Shown piece after piece: positions 51,601-64,000 of a stretch of DNA of 64,000 nt. The stretch is from NCBI RefSeq assembly GCF_001194135.2, contig NC_068999.1:25305000-25368999 (forward strand), given 5' to 3'. Position 1 is the first letter of the stretch. Every line of letters starts with the position of its first letter. A program made the translations under genes and the position numbers. This DNA is from Octopus bimaculoides (taxonomy: Eukaryota). The notes below the pieces were generated by a model that did no database searches, was not told the origin of the DNA, and saw nothing but the letters and a program-made list of their open reading frames with translations.

Positions 51601-54600
51601 GGATTAAATAATCTTTACTCTTACTCTTTGATATAGATACTACATTTACTATACGAAATCAGAATCATTTTTCAATGACAGACATTTATTTAGATAAATT
51701 CGCTAGTTATCGTAAGAGGCCGCACATACAGTCATCGTCCACATATATGTTCATTAAGTTCCGTTACTTAAAACATACGACCATTTCAAGGCTCAGTAGA
51801 TCACTTGATTATTTATTCATCAGCATTTACAGTCTAATTTAGATCCACTCAACGTGACTGTCTTGATAATCAAACCTGAAAAACTTTAACGAATCACTAA
51901 ACATTTAAATTCGAAGATATCGCTAGTGATGATGACAAGGAGGAAAGGAATTTTTTTGAAATTTTATTCTTTCAGTCTCCCTAATTTGGGGCACAAGGCT
52001 AGCAACTAGTACTTATTTTATCGGCGGCATTTGAATTCAGAACGTAAAACCAAAAGGAAATATTGCTAAGCATTTTGTCCGGCTTGCTAACAAACTAGTT
52101 ACGTGAAACTGCAATGTTGTGATATATTAAAAAGTAGGGGTCTACGCCTGGTATTAACAAGCTCTTTATGATCAGTAAAATATATGTTCATATCTTCCAT
52201 AATCATAGTTATTACAGTTGTCAGTAATTTAGTGTTAGCAGAAGACATTTATTTCTGTTGATTATTTACGCATTACAAAATCTGTTGCAACTGAGGTCAA
52301 AATTCTTAGTACATTTCTTTTCAAATTGAGATTATATTCTTTAAAACTTAAAGAGACTACTCATTTGATATTAATTTTTAACAAAGCTTCTTTACAGAAA
52401 AAAAAATTAACACTTGAAAAATTAGAGATCGTTTTCATGTATATGCTCTAAATATGCAGTTGTCGGAATTTCATTTTAATTTACATCATTCGAATGTTGA
52501 TATCAATAAAGAACTGGTTATCGAGATAACGTTTTTCGAAGTTGATGATTAGGTGGAGGGTTGTAGTGGTAGTAGTAGTAGTAGTAGTAGTGCGGAGGAG
52601 GGAGTGTGTTACGGATTGCCAGGACAACGACATTTATGATAAAATATCTAGATTCTGTATTTTTCACATTAAATGAAGTGAAAATATGTGAGAAAGCTGT
52701 GCAGATTAGTCATCTAAAAAGACAGACAAGAAAAGAAAAAGAAAACAGAAGGGCTCATTGCAAGTGTGAACAGACACTATTTTGGTTCTAGAATTTACGA
52801 AGCTGTCTTTAACCATCGCTACTATTCGCCGCCTGCCACTGTTGGTATAATGAGGAGGAGGTTTAACTATAAGGTAGGGTCAGCGCCCACCCACGCCCAT
52901 TGGCAAGCAGACTGCTTCTCTTGAAGAATGCAGAGCCAGCTGGATTTCATCTAAATAGGTAACAAAAATCTAGTTCAAATATAGGGGTGGAGGAGAATAT
53001 CTCTTGTGGTTAAAAAGGATAGAAGTTGTCTGTCATTTCAGGAAATAGAAGCTGACTTTAATAAATATAAAAAAAGAGTCTGTACATACGAGAAGTTTGT
53101 GAAGAGGTGTGGGTAATAGGGACAGTAATAAAGAAATGGTTAGAATCAAAATACATAGAATAAGGTGGAGGGAAAGGAAGGATGATAACATTGAGGGAAA
53201 ATATAAGAAAATATAGAAATAAAATTAATATTTTAAAAAGATAAGACATTTCTATGTCAAGAGATGTAGTAAGAGTGGAAGTAATGAAAACCCGAGACAG
53301 AAGAAGGCCAAATTTTAAGAAAGAGGGTGAAATAAAGCAAAATGGAATAAATAAGAGTTTTGTTTTTGTTATATTCCTTTAAACTGGAAACAAGTAAGAA
53401 TTACATAGTGAGGTAAAAATAGAATTGATACTATTGCCATATAAAGTAAAAATAACTGAAATTGTCTACTCGATTCAGTGATTGTTCCAAGCTGCCCTCA
53501 GTGAAAACAAAAACAGAAAAAGCTAAAAAAATCTCTTGTTAAATTTATTTGCATTTTATCTTGAAGTTCTGTAACAAAAGTCTCTGATTAATATACAAAC
53601 ACATTTGCATTAGCCATTAGTACGAATAAAGTACGAGTCAGTTTCAATTCCCAGTTATAACCATTTCACTTTAGTTACATCGCTAATGTTCCCAGAAAAG
53701 AACTCCTCAACTTTCAGATTTATGCGTTAAACAATTAATTATTTTATGGTTGTATCAATTAATTTCCCGTTTATTTCAGTCCTTTGTTTCAAACAATGCT
53801 TTATTTGTGTGTTTGACTGCATCATGATAATTTCTGAATAGTCTCTTTATAATGTTCTCTGTCGTTAAAAGTGAAAAATTTATTCTCTCTGTAAACGAGG
53901 CAATTATTCTTGATTATAGTTGATTATGTTAGAACTTACTTTGCTGCTGCCAAGAAGAATGACATACCAACTTCAAACCCCCATAGGGTATTTCAACTTA
54001 AAACCGCCAAAATTTCAACTGAATACTTTAAAATATTTAGATCCACTCAGTTCTTGGCCATTCCTACTACTCTCTCATCTCATGATATTGATTTCTTACA
54101 CAACTAATTGATGAAGAGGAAGGTTATAATAATCTGAAGCAAGCAGTATATATTGCTAGTACTTGTTTTATCAACAAAGTGAGCAAAGGAGTTGAAACTC
54201 AGAATGCAAAGTTACCAGACTGCTAGTATAGTATTTATCCAAGAATCAATTGTTTGAGCCAAATTGTAACCTCTCATATCAGAATACACCTTTTACTAGC
54301 ACCTAAAATAGCTTTATTGCTAAACTTAAATTCTAGTATACCAAATCAATAAGAGAGCTTATGCATAGTAAATCCATATACTGAATAGCATAAACTAATT
54401 TCTCGGTTCCATTTGCTTCCTTTGAACTCAGGTCAGCACCTTTAAACATTTGAATTGTCAGCTATTTATCCAAACCTGTGCAATGCAGCCCTGGTCAAAT
54501 GTGAAATGCCAGCTCCATTTTAAACCATCTATTATTTCAGTGATCAGTGCTTATCCATGTAATGTATGCATACATTGTGTGTGTGTGTGTAGTGTTTGTA

Positions 54601-55252
54601 ATGTATTTTCAAATAACAAAAGACAAAAAAAGAACTGTTACAACATCTAAATAGGGTTATTCTTTACCAAAGTATTTTTTATTTGCCTTTCATAAGCCTA
54701 TGATAACAGGTCCACCAGCTTCTCCACATATCTCAACAATGATTTTATCTTCTAATTAATATTTTAATTGTTTTGGCACCTGTGCCAGTGACACATAAAA
54801 GGTATCCATGCTGGTGACACATGAAAGACACCCAGTACATTCTGTAGAATGATTGGCATTAGGAATGGCATCCAGTCATAGAAACCAAGCCAAAACAGAC
54901 TGGAACCTAGGGCAACTTACCAGCTCCAGTCTAACCCATGCCAGCATGGAAAGCAGTCATTAAATGATAATGATGATGTTATTCTTTAACATCAGGCTAG
55001 CTATGATTTAGTAGAAGTATGATCAAAGACGTTCTATCCATGACCATACATCTTTTTTTGTGTGTTCAGGTTACATTGTTCAATGTGTCATTTAGTTTTA
55101 AGATGATTGGGTGTGATGTGAAGAAGACTTAGCTGCTTTTTCTAGCAAATCAAGTGACCACATCGAAGCACTCATATTTAGCTGATATTGAAACACTGAA
55201 GAGGATAAAAGAAAAAAAATCTGACAAAATATTAATATCTAGTTTAATACTG

Positions 55253-55595
55253 GCGACAAAGGGACTCTCACTCAGAGTAAAAGGCAGACTGTATGACGCA
55301 TGCGTACGAACAACCATGCTACATGGCAGTGAAACATGGGCTGTAACTGCTGAGGACATACGTAAGCTCGCAAGGAATGAAGCCAGTATGCTCCGTTGGA
55401 TGTGTAATGTCAATGTGAATACCCGTCAGAGTGTAAGTATCTTGAGAGAAAAGCTGAACATTAGAAGCATCAGTTGTGGCGTGCAAGAGAGACGATTGCG
55501 CTGGTATGGACATGTGGTGAGAATGGAGGAGGATAGCTGCGTGAAAAAGTGCCACACCCTAACAGTTGAGGGAACCCGTGGAAGAGGTAGGCCCA
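55253..55595 (+). mobile_element. RTE-clade LINE, 3' end of the RT ORF
   Basis: KGLSLRVKGRLYDACVRTTMLHGSETW...ERRLRWYGHVVRM...EGTRGRGRP, typical RTE C-terminal motifs; runs into an N gap. Confidence 0.92.
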
Positions 55596-56048
55596 NNNNN
55601 NNNNNNNNNNNNNNNNNNNNNNNNNNNNNNNNNNNNNNNNNNNNNNNNNNNNNNNNNNNNNNNNNNNNNNNNNNNNNNNNNNNNNNNNNNNNNNNNNNNN
55701 NNNNNNNNNNNNNNNNNNNNNNNNNNNNNNNNNNNNNNNNNNNNNNNNNNNNNNNNNNNNNNNNNNNNNNNNNNNNNNNNNNNNNNNNNNNNNNNNNNNN
55801 NNNNNNNNNNNNNNNNNNNNNNNNNNNNNNNNNNNNNNNNNNNNNNNNNNNNNNNNNNNNNNNNNNNNNNNNNNNNNNNNNNNNNNNNNNNNNNNNNNNN
55901 NNNNNNNNNNNNNNNNNNNNNNNNNNNNNNNNNNNNNNNNNNNNNNNNNNNNNNNNNNNNNNNNNNNNNNNNNNNNNNNNNNNNNNNNNNNNNNNNNNNN
56001 NNNNNNNNNNNNNNNNNNNNNNNNNNNNNNNNNNNNNNNNNNNNNNNN

Positions 56049-56292
56049 GTGCGGGTGGCACATAAAAGACACCATTTCGAGCGTGGCCGTTTTCGTGCGG
56101 GTGACACGTAAAAGCACCCACTACACTCTCTGAGTGGTTGGCGTTAGGAAGGGCATCCAGCTGTAGAAACTCTGCCAAATCAGACTGGAGCCTGGTGTTG
56201 CCATCCGGTTTCACCAGTCCTCAGTCAAATCGTCCAACCCATGCTAGCATGGAAAGCGGACGTTAAACGATGATGATGATGATGATGATGAT
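56049..56292 (+). mobile_element. SINE/RTE-type 3' tail ending in (GAT)n
   Basis: Homologous to 30414-30717 (minus) and to a decayed copy at about 54775-54980. Confidence 0.8.
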
Positions 56293-58252
56293 GAATACAT
56301 TACTGAATTTAAGTGCTACCAGGTTCTGTTAGATCCATAAAAAACAGTCAGTAATGTGTGGGTGTCCTGTCACTCAGAAAAGATGGATCTGAGAAAGTGT
56401 AACAGTGGCAGGCCAATTAATACATCAGTCCTACTTAAGTAGTGTAGTGTTAATTTTAATTGACACTGAGTTTAGACACTGTTTTTAAATACAAACTTGA
56501 GACTGCATTCTTCACTAAACACTGGTACTAATTTGTCCATATGCACATTTTAGTATCTTTAAAAAATGCCCTTTCTCTTCTTTCTCCTTTGACTAGAATG
56601 ATTTCTGATCTTTACAACTTCCAGACAGTATATCACCACCACCACTACAACCTACATTATCTTACTGCTTCTGCAGTATCTTCAGATTTGCTATTACTAC
56701 TAAGCGTCACACTCACTCCCTATCCATGTTTTCTCAATAATTTCAACTTGCAGGAATTAAAACTTAGCATAATTATGTTCGTTATGAAAATGATTAGAAA
56801 AATTACGGACACTAATGACAGGTAGGACATCTCACACCAATTTAAATAGGAAGAGAAATTTCTTAACTGTTTCATTGCTGTACAAGAAAACAACGAGCCT
56901 CTATGTGGTCGCTCAACCTGTGAGAAATAGTCACCAGTTCTTCCTCTAACTGCAGACTACCGTCTTAAACATATCACTCAGGGTTATCAACAAAAACTTT
57001 AAAAAGAAAATAAATAATAACTGTGTAAAACAAAAAGCAAAAATAGTGTCGTCATGCTATTCTTATATAACCATGTTGTTGGACCTATGCATAAATTATG
57101 ATAAAATTAAATGAAATATTAAATAATATAAATTATTAATATGGTTCTCCCACTTTATATCATGTTCTATTTTTATAATAAATTGTGTTGAAAGCGTGGG
57201 GCCAAAATGCCTACAGCGGGAATATAATATCATTCATTCTATTGCCCAGGAAAAATAAAGACACAGATGTGAAAGAAATTGGAGATGATATTAAGAGCAA
57301 CACATTTCTATATTTTGCTGACATAATGAGAAAATCATTTTTCTCTTCAGGAAGACACGTGACGCCTACTCAAAAGGAGACACGTGACATCTACTCACAC
57401 TATCCTAAATTCTAGCAAGTAGATTAAATACTGATGGTAATACATTGGGAATTACAACTGTGTTTGTTTACTGACTTGTTTTAGGCGGATTTGCTTGGTC
57501 ACCCCTCATCACGATGTTATGTATTAGATCAGTTTTAATTTCAGTGTTTTGAGGATTTTTTTTTTATGCATAAAAAAAAAGATATTGAAACTTTTTCATT
57601 GTCATGTTTGAGATTCAGAAACCATGCTTAATACTGTTATGAACATGTAAGTAACTCTTTTCTGGTCTTACAATCATGAAGAGTTGAAGTCTACATTGCA
57701 AACTAATGAATCAGTGATGTACTACCAAAAGTATCTACTAATAGCTTAGTGGTAGATTGCACTGTTAAAAGCTGGCCTTTAAGGTCCTTAACACAGTGCA
57801 ACATCAGTGTTTGGCTAAAACCCATTAGTCCTCTACTTTTCATCTGGTTTCTAATCAGTTCATCCATTTGTTGCTCTTTGATTTCTCTTTAGCAATGGTT
57901 ACTTAAACAATTATCATAAACTATAAGTACAGAACCAATACACTATGGGTTATCAATAAATTCTCAAGTGATGAATGTACAAGTAGTTTCATTAGGAAAG
58001 TAAACCATGTGATTAAACCACAGGTTTTCAGCAGCTCGGAATGGATACAAAACTCACAACTTTCATTGTTCATTAAAGACTCATCAACAATCAACTACCC
58101 TAGTCTTCCAAACTACCAGAATGGTATAGTGTAGAACTACTTATAAAGTAATCTCTGATGAGTTTTTAAACAAGGATGAAACAAATTGTTTTGCCCCTCA
58201 TTCCAAGATATTGGCAGCCTTGTTGTTTAACCAATGAAGCATCCTTCTGCAG

Positions 58253-58581
58253 TAGGGGTTCTCAACCATTTTTTTATCTATGGACCCCTTTGATTACTAT
58301 TTTATTCTGATGGACCCCCATAGCCATTCATTGTTTAAAAACTAGTGTTACAGAAACTTCTGTCAAAATTCCTATTTTGTTTTTCACACATTAACTTGTG
58401 TTGGTTGAATTATGTAAAATGTTAGAGAAAGAAACCTAGATGTTTCTTGCAATACATACCAATACATACACCTAAAGCAAACTTTTTCAGGGGCCCTTAA
58501 AATACTCTCATGGATTCCCAATTTAGTATTTTGTTGCATGGTCCCCCAAAATCTTATATGGACTCTGGTTGAGAACTACTG
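58253..58581. mobile_element. hAT-like MITE
   Basis: Ends taggggttctcaacc and ggttgagaactactg; 8-bp TSD ttctgcag (58245-58252) / ttctacag (58582-58589). Confidence 0.8.
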
Positions 58582-59154
58582 TTCTACAGTGACACAACAT
58601 ATGACTGACTGAACTTATAAATGTAACTCCATTATCATATTTATCATAAGGTAGATTTAGCTTATTGCTTTCACATTTATACTGTTCCAACTATGTCGCA
58701 TTTTACCTTTCCCATCTCAATAACTCACCCAGTTGACCATGCACATGCTTCTGACCTCTTAAACTGACTGATTTAATTTTTCTGGCTTTTCAAAGGAAAA
58801 TCTTGCTAAAAATGCAAATTTGCCTTGTGCTCAATGCATTTTAACTATATGAGAATAAATTTTCTGCCAATCATTAAGATAACTGTTCAAGCAATCATGA
58901 CGTTGATACTTCAACTTCCATAATAGCACATTTTAACTTCACTACTTGTCATATAACACTTATATAACACTATATTTTTCATATATAAGATTTATTGTAA
59001 CCAAGATACCTATAATTTGTACCATCTGTTTCCTAATAAGATTATATATCAAAGAAATACCCAGAAATTATAAATTAAATACTTATTAATTGATATAAAA
59101 TGTAACTATACACATAAACAAACACACACATCTATACACATACACGCACACATA

Positions 59155-59156
59155 CG

Positions 59157-59236
<80 letters not shown>
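59155..59236. repeat. (TA)n microsatellite
   Basis: Direct reading. Confidence 0.95.
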
Positions 59237-59237
<1 letters not shown>

Positions 59238-62200
59238 GTATGTGCATACATATATATTCTTTTTTTCATCAATAGCAAACAATTTGTATATTACGCCAGT
59301 CATTTTTCTTTTCTCCCTCCCCTCAACTCTATAATTGAAACATCTGTTTAGATAAAACTCACATTTCACCTGTATTTCTTCACTAAATTCTATCTTCTTG
59401 AGGAAATTTCCCCTGAGCATTGACAGTATAGCTTCTAATTTCCCTCTTAAACTAGGTAAACAGAAACATAAATATTTACAGAAAGCTGCATTTTCTTACA
59501 TCAATTCAAGTAAGTGTTCAACATTATGTGCGGGTTTTTATGATTTGACAGCAGATAGCTTCATCATTTATAATAAATATTTATAAAACCATACGAACTT
59601 GTTAATTTAAGCAAAACCTACATAGTTTATTATAAATATACTTTAGTAGAAAGGGGTTGTCTTCCTCTGCTTTTATTACCAGATTAAGCATTTAAAAATG
59701 ATTATTCTTACCACTAATGGAGTAATTTTAGTTAATTATAATTTCTTACCTTATTAGGTAAAAAAAATACTAGTGCCAACCTTACTGTTAAGTTTCTAGG
59801 CAGCAGGCGCGTGTGAGCATTTTTCTTCATCATTCTTTTAAATTAAGACACCTCTCTAACCTTATTCATAAAAATACTACCCTAGTCATTCTGGTGTCTA
59901 TTAAGATCGAAATATCAGAAATTGAAACTACATTACTAAAGATCAGACTTACACCCCTTTCATATTTAATTCATTTGAATTTAATTTTCTGAGTTGTCTA
60001 CCCTGCAATTTTTTTTTTTTTCTTTAAATTGACGATACAGTCAAAAATGGATCCTTTTGTTCTTCGTGCATCACAAGATTGGGATGTAACACCAGTTTCT
60101 ATTGTGTTAACAGATGAAGCAACACATTTCTTCATCAATAATATTGCTGACATTTTCCTCCCTGTCCTTGGAACCTTTTGTTTAACCTCTAGTCAGAGCT
60201 ATGGTCAAAGATATTTCAAGCCATGATCATTCCATCTTTTACTTTGACTTATAATATTTAGGACTGTTCTCGGTAGAACCTAGAAAGTCGAGTATTTTTA
60301 GGCACAAGCGGCTGTGTGGTAAGAAACTTGCTTCCTAACCACATGGCTCCAGATTCAGTCCCACTGTGTGGCACCTTGGGCAAGTGTCTTCTACCATAGT
60401 CTCATGCTTTGTGAGTGGAATTGGTAGATGGAAACTGAATGCAGCCCATCGTATATATGTGTGTGTGTGTGTCTTTGTCCTCCACAACTCAGAAAATATC
60501 GATCAAACTGAATCATCAATCTTTCAATTTACAAACATTTAATGATGACCATCACAGTGAAACAAACTGAAAGAAAGTACCACAAATTCAAATAATAGAA
60601 AACCGTTATTGTAAATAATTGGCGATATAATGAAACGATGTGAGAAACTGATTCCTGTAAAAGTCAACTGATTCATTTAATTTTACATTTCATTTTATCT
60701 TTCATTAAAAATGTATTAACTGAAATATATTCTCTAATAATGTTTAATACATCATATAATAATGATTAATACATTTGAGACACCAGGTAAACTCATGTAA
60801 CATAAGTTAAGAGATTATCTGAAGTTCTATGTATGGGCCAATATTTACTTTTTATGGGATTCCACCTCCAGTTGTACTGTTACATCCCTGGGATTTACAA
60901 AACGAATGTGGTGGTTTCACAAAAATGTAAATCAATTTCTGTTTATTGACAATTTTTAATCATTACTGATTATTAATGATTTGCTTTTGCACTTGATTTT
61001 AGTTTGTTTCACTTAGTTCACTGCCAATATATGTTCAATCATACCAATCATAGAAAACACCCAAAGTGTCTCATAGGATCAACCCTATGTTAGCAAGCAA
61101 AGACTTTAAGCAAATGGTCACCACAAACATATATAATTACATATTCATATTAGGAACAAGAACCTAAGTTTACTATTTAACTGACAGAGTAGATGGTGCT
61201 TAATAAATTAAACATGTATAATGAGTAAGATACAAATTAGAAGATTGATAAACTATAACATTTGTCTATGTTTAAAATGGCTTGTCAGCATTACATCAAC
61301 ATTCTTTAACTATAAAAATAAAGAAATGCTGAGATGAACAGTCATCATTTTTCAACATACAACTTGGGCAACATAGTACTGATTGAAGTCTACTATCTGA
61401 TAAACAACTAGGTAAAGTAATCTTTCTTCTGGATGGTGTCTGAGATAAAGGGTCACTGCTGACTATTGCGACTAACAGACTACCAAACTAATATGAGACA
61501 AATATAGGTCAGAATAGGTAGGAGTAAATGCTCAAAACGTTTTTAAATGGTATCTACAAAGATGAAGATAAGAAGAGCTGACAAAAATTTGTCGTTTTTT
61601 TTTTTTTCTTTCAAGATTTTCTGGTAGATAGCAAAGAAATAAATATAAATAGAAACAAAAGGCTTAAAAAGAACTTTGCTGGAATCTTATAGAACACACC
61701 ATGAAGAGTGATAAACAAGTTGAAATTCTACATTTTAAAGTTATGAAAAGCATCAAAACAAAAGTAGATGATGAAAATATCAAGTTTTTCTTATTTTTTA
61801 TTGTAATTAAAATAAAATCTAAAAAGAAAACGTATAATCAAAGTAAGAAAATGTTTTCATTTCCCACCTTTCACCACCAAGTATTAAGTATTTAAAAGCA
61901 TCTGAGAAAATTATGATAAAAATTATGTTTGCCAGTTTCCGACAAATTTTCAGATAAGGGATTTTAACATATAACTACATTATGTTTAATTAATTAACAT
62001 TCTTCATAAAAGAAAAACCAAGTAAAATTAATAACAAATATTGAATACAATGTTTCTTATTGTATGAAATGCATTTCTCTGCCATGTATCTGGTATTTTA
62101 TATCAACATTTCTCTCTATACTACTAATTAGCATGACTCAAACTTCATTGTTGCAAACATTAATGGTAACCCACTGTTATATGACATAACTTCAAAGCAA

Positions 62201-62764
62201 CATATTTTTATGGAACAATAGATTTTGGGGATTTTTTTACTAAATTACCTATATTAATATTGCTTACACAGGCTACTATTTGTAAGGAATATACAAGGTA
62301 GGGCCTATCTCTTTATTGACTAGCTTACATCAATATTCATAGTATTGCTATAAGGGCTGTGGAGATGGTGGGAATAGTAGCACACTGGACAAAATGTAAT
62401 TTCACATTTTGTTCCATCCATTTTAATTAAAATTCTGCATGGTTCAATTTTATATTTCATTTATCTAAATCGATTAAATTAAGCACCAATAATATATACC
62501 CAAGGTAATTCAAAAATACTCTTCTACATACTAAGAAATTAACAATCTTTGAGATGCGGTGTTGGCTGGTACAACTGGCCATAGGTCTAAATAATTTACA
62601 AAATTTAGTTTTATCACTGTTTGATCTCATATATGTATATATATGTATATATTTATATATATGTATAAGTCCTGGGGTTGATTTGCTTGACTAAAGGCAG
62701 TGCACCAACATGACAACAGTCAAATGACTGAAACAAATAAAAGAATAGAAGACTAGAATAATAA

Positions 62765-63198
62765 TAATATATATATATATATATATATACATATATACAC
62801 ATATATATATACATACATATATACACATATATATATATATATACATACATATATACATATATACACATGTATATATACATATATACACACATATATATAC
62901 ATACATATGTACATACATATATATAGATATATATATATACACACATATATATATATATGCATATATACATACATACATATATATATATGCATATATACAT
63001 ACATATATATATGCATATATACATACATACAGATATATATGCATATATACATACATACAGATATATATGCATATATACATACATACAGATATATATGCAT
63101 ATATACATACAGATATATATGCATATATACATACATACAGATATATATGCATATATACATACATACATACAGATATATATGCATATATACATACATAC

Positions 63199-63237
<39 letters not shown>
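62765..63237. repeat. TA/TACA-derived compound satellite with a unit of about 28 bp (atatatatgcatatatacatacatacag)
   Basis: Direct reading; several copies between about 62940 and 63210. Confidence 0.9.
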
Positions 63238-63239
<2 letters not shown>

Positions 63240-63329
63240 TTAAGATAAACTTACTTGGAAATGGATGTGTGGCATTCAATCAAATTATACTATGAATAAT
63301 ATATATATAATATATACAAATATATACAT

Positions 63330-63366
<37 letters not shown>

Positions 63367-64000
63367 CACATGTATATATGTGTACAGGACGTCACCAACA
63401 GTAATCAACATGAAATATGAAAACAAATGAGTTCAATACACAAACGAGAGAAATAAATGGAAAACAGGACAAATAACATAAAGAACGACCCTTCATCAGT
63501 TATCGGCTGTCTATTTACTCCACATTTTGAGCAGTGAACAACAATATTAGTCTTCGAACTCATAAGTACCAAAATAAATTTAGGATTTATGGAGGGTCAA
63601 AGTGGGTGACAAAAACAGGACAGTGGAGACATACAAGGAAACCAAATGAAAACAATCGTGGAGGGTCATTAGAATGAAAGTAAAATAGTGAATGCTGGAG
63701 AAATATTGTCTTCGACAAGAGAAAAGATAGAAGAGATAGGATACGTCCAGTCCTTAGGAAATCCTAAAAGAAAATAAAGATGATCACGTGAAGAAAAGAA
63801 AGATGGACAATCGTCACGTGTGAGCAACAAGAGAGAGTAAAGGAGAAAGAGGGATAGATTGAGTGAGAGGGACAGAAAACGGTGAAGAGAGAAAAAAGGG
63901 AATTAGAGAAATGATGAAAGAGAAAACAATGGGGGAGAAAAACAGTATAGAGTAGAGTCGCATCAAAAAGATTAAGATAAACTTACTTGGAAATGGATGC
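63238..64000 (+). repeat. Interspersed element bounded by a 30-bp direct repeat, possibly a Penelope-type pseudo-LTR unit
   Basis: gattaagataaacttacttggaaatggatg at 63238-63267 and again at about 63969-63999; the internal part is homologous to 300-510. Confidence 0.55.

Noticed and set aside
52861-52880. ttaactataaggtag, resembling the LSU rRNA I-CeuI region
   Set aside because: Short partial match with no flanking rRNA similarity
55426-56214. ORFs of 180-300 aa spanning 55596-56048, and those at 8836-9485
   Set aside because: Their length comes from N gaps; only the RTE portion 55253-55595 is real coding-derived sequence
58150-58200. CTGATGA...GAAA spacing resembling a hammerhead
   Set aside because: Stem II is weak and there is no stem I complementarity
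62653-63279. Long Y/I/C/M/V/H-rich ORFs here and at 283-657, 5699-6015, 11797-12027, 16308-16871, 26125-26445 and 47386-47684
   Set aside because: Translations of TA, CA, TACA and GATA microsatellites, which lack stops in several frames

Overview
AT-rich, microsatellite- and transposon-laden eukaryotic DNA with several N gaps. The repeat landscape resembles an octopod cephalopod, which is an inference. The main gene is a type IV (basement-membrane) collagen on the minus strand. I could chain 15 exons (23704 down to 761; 1723 nt, 574 codons plus 1 nt) with compatible phases; one intron has a GC donor. The gene runs off the left edge, so no NC1 domain is present, and I could not find its signal-peptide or 7S exons in the 40 kb upstream. 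The rest is decayed mobile DNA: Tigger/pogo, Tc1 and mariner relics, hAT-like and GGATCTT-ended 8-bp-TSD MITEs, tRNA-type SINEs, an RTE LINE end and a Penelope-like RT fragment. The best second-look items are a type I hammerhead ribozyme fold beside the Penelope-like fragment (50890-50963), a 306-bp near-perfect intronic palindrome (5898-6203), a CpG-rich domain (about 31-54 kb) with promoter-like motif clusters near each end, and an inverted pair of acidic-repeat segments. Coordinates were read by hand and no database search was run.
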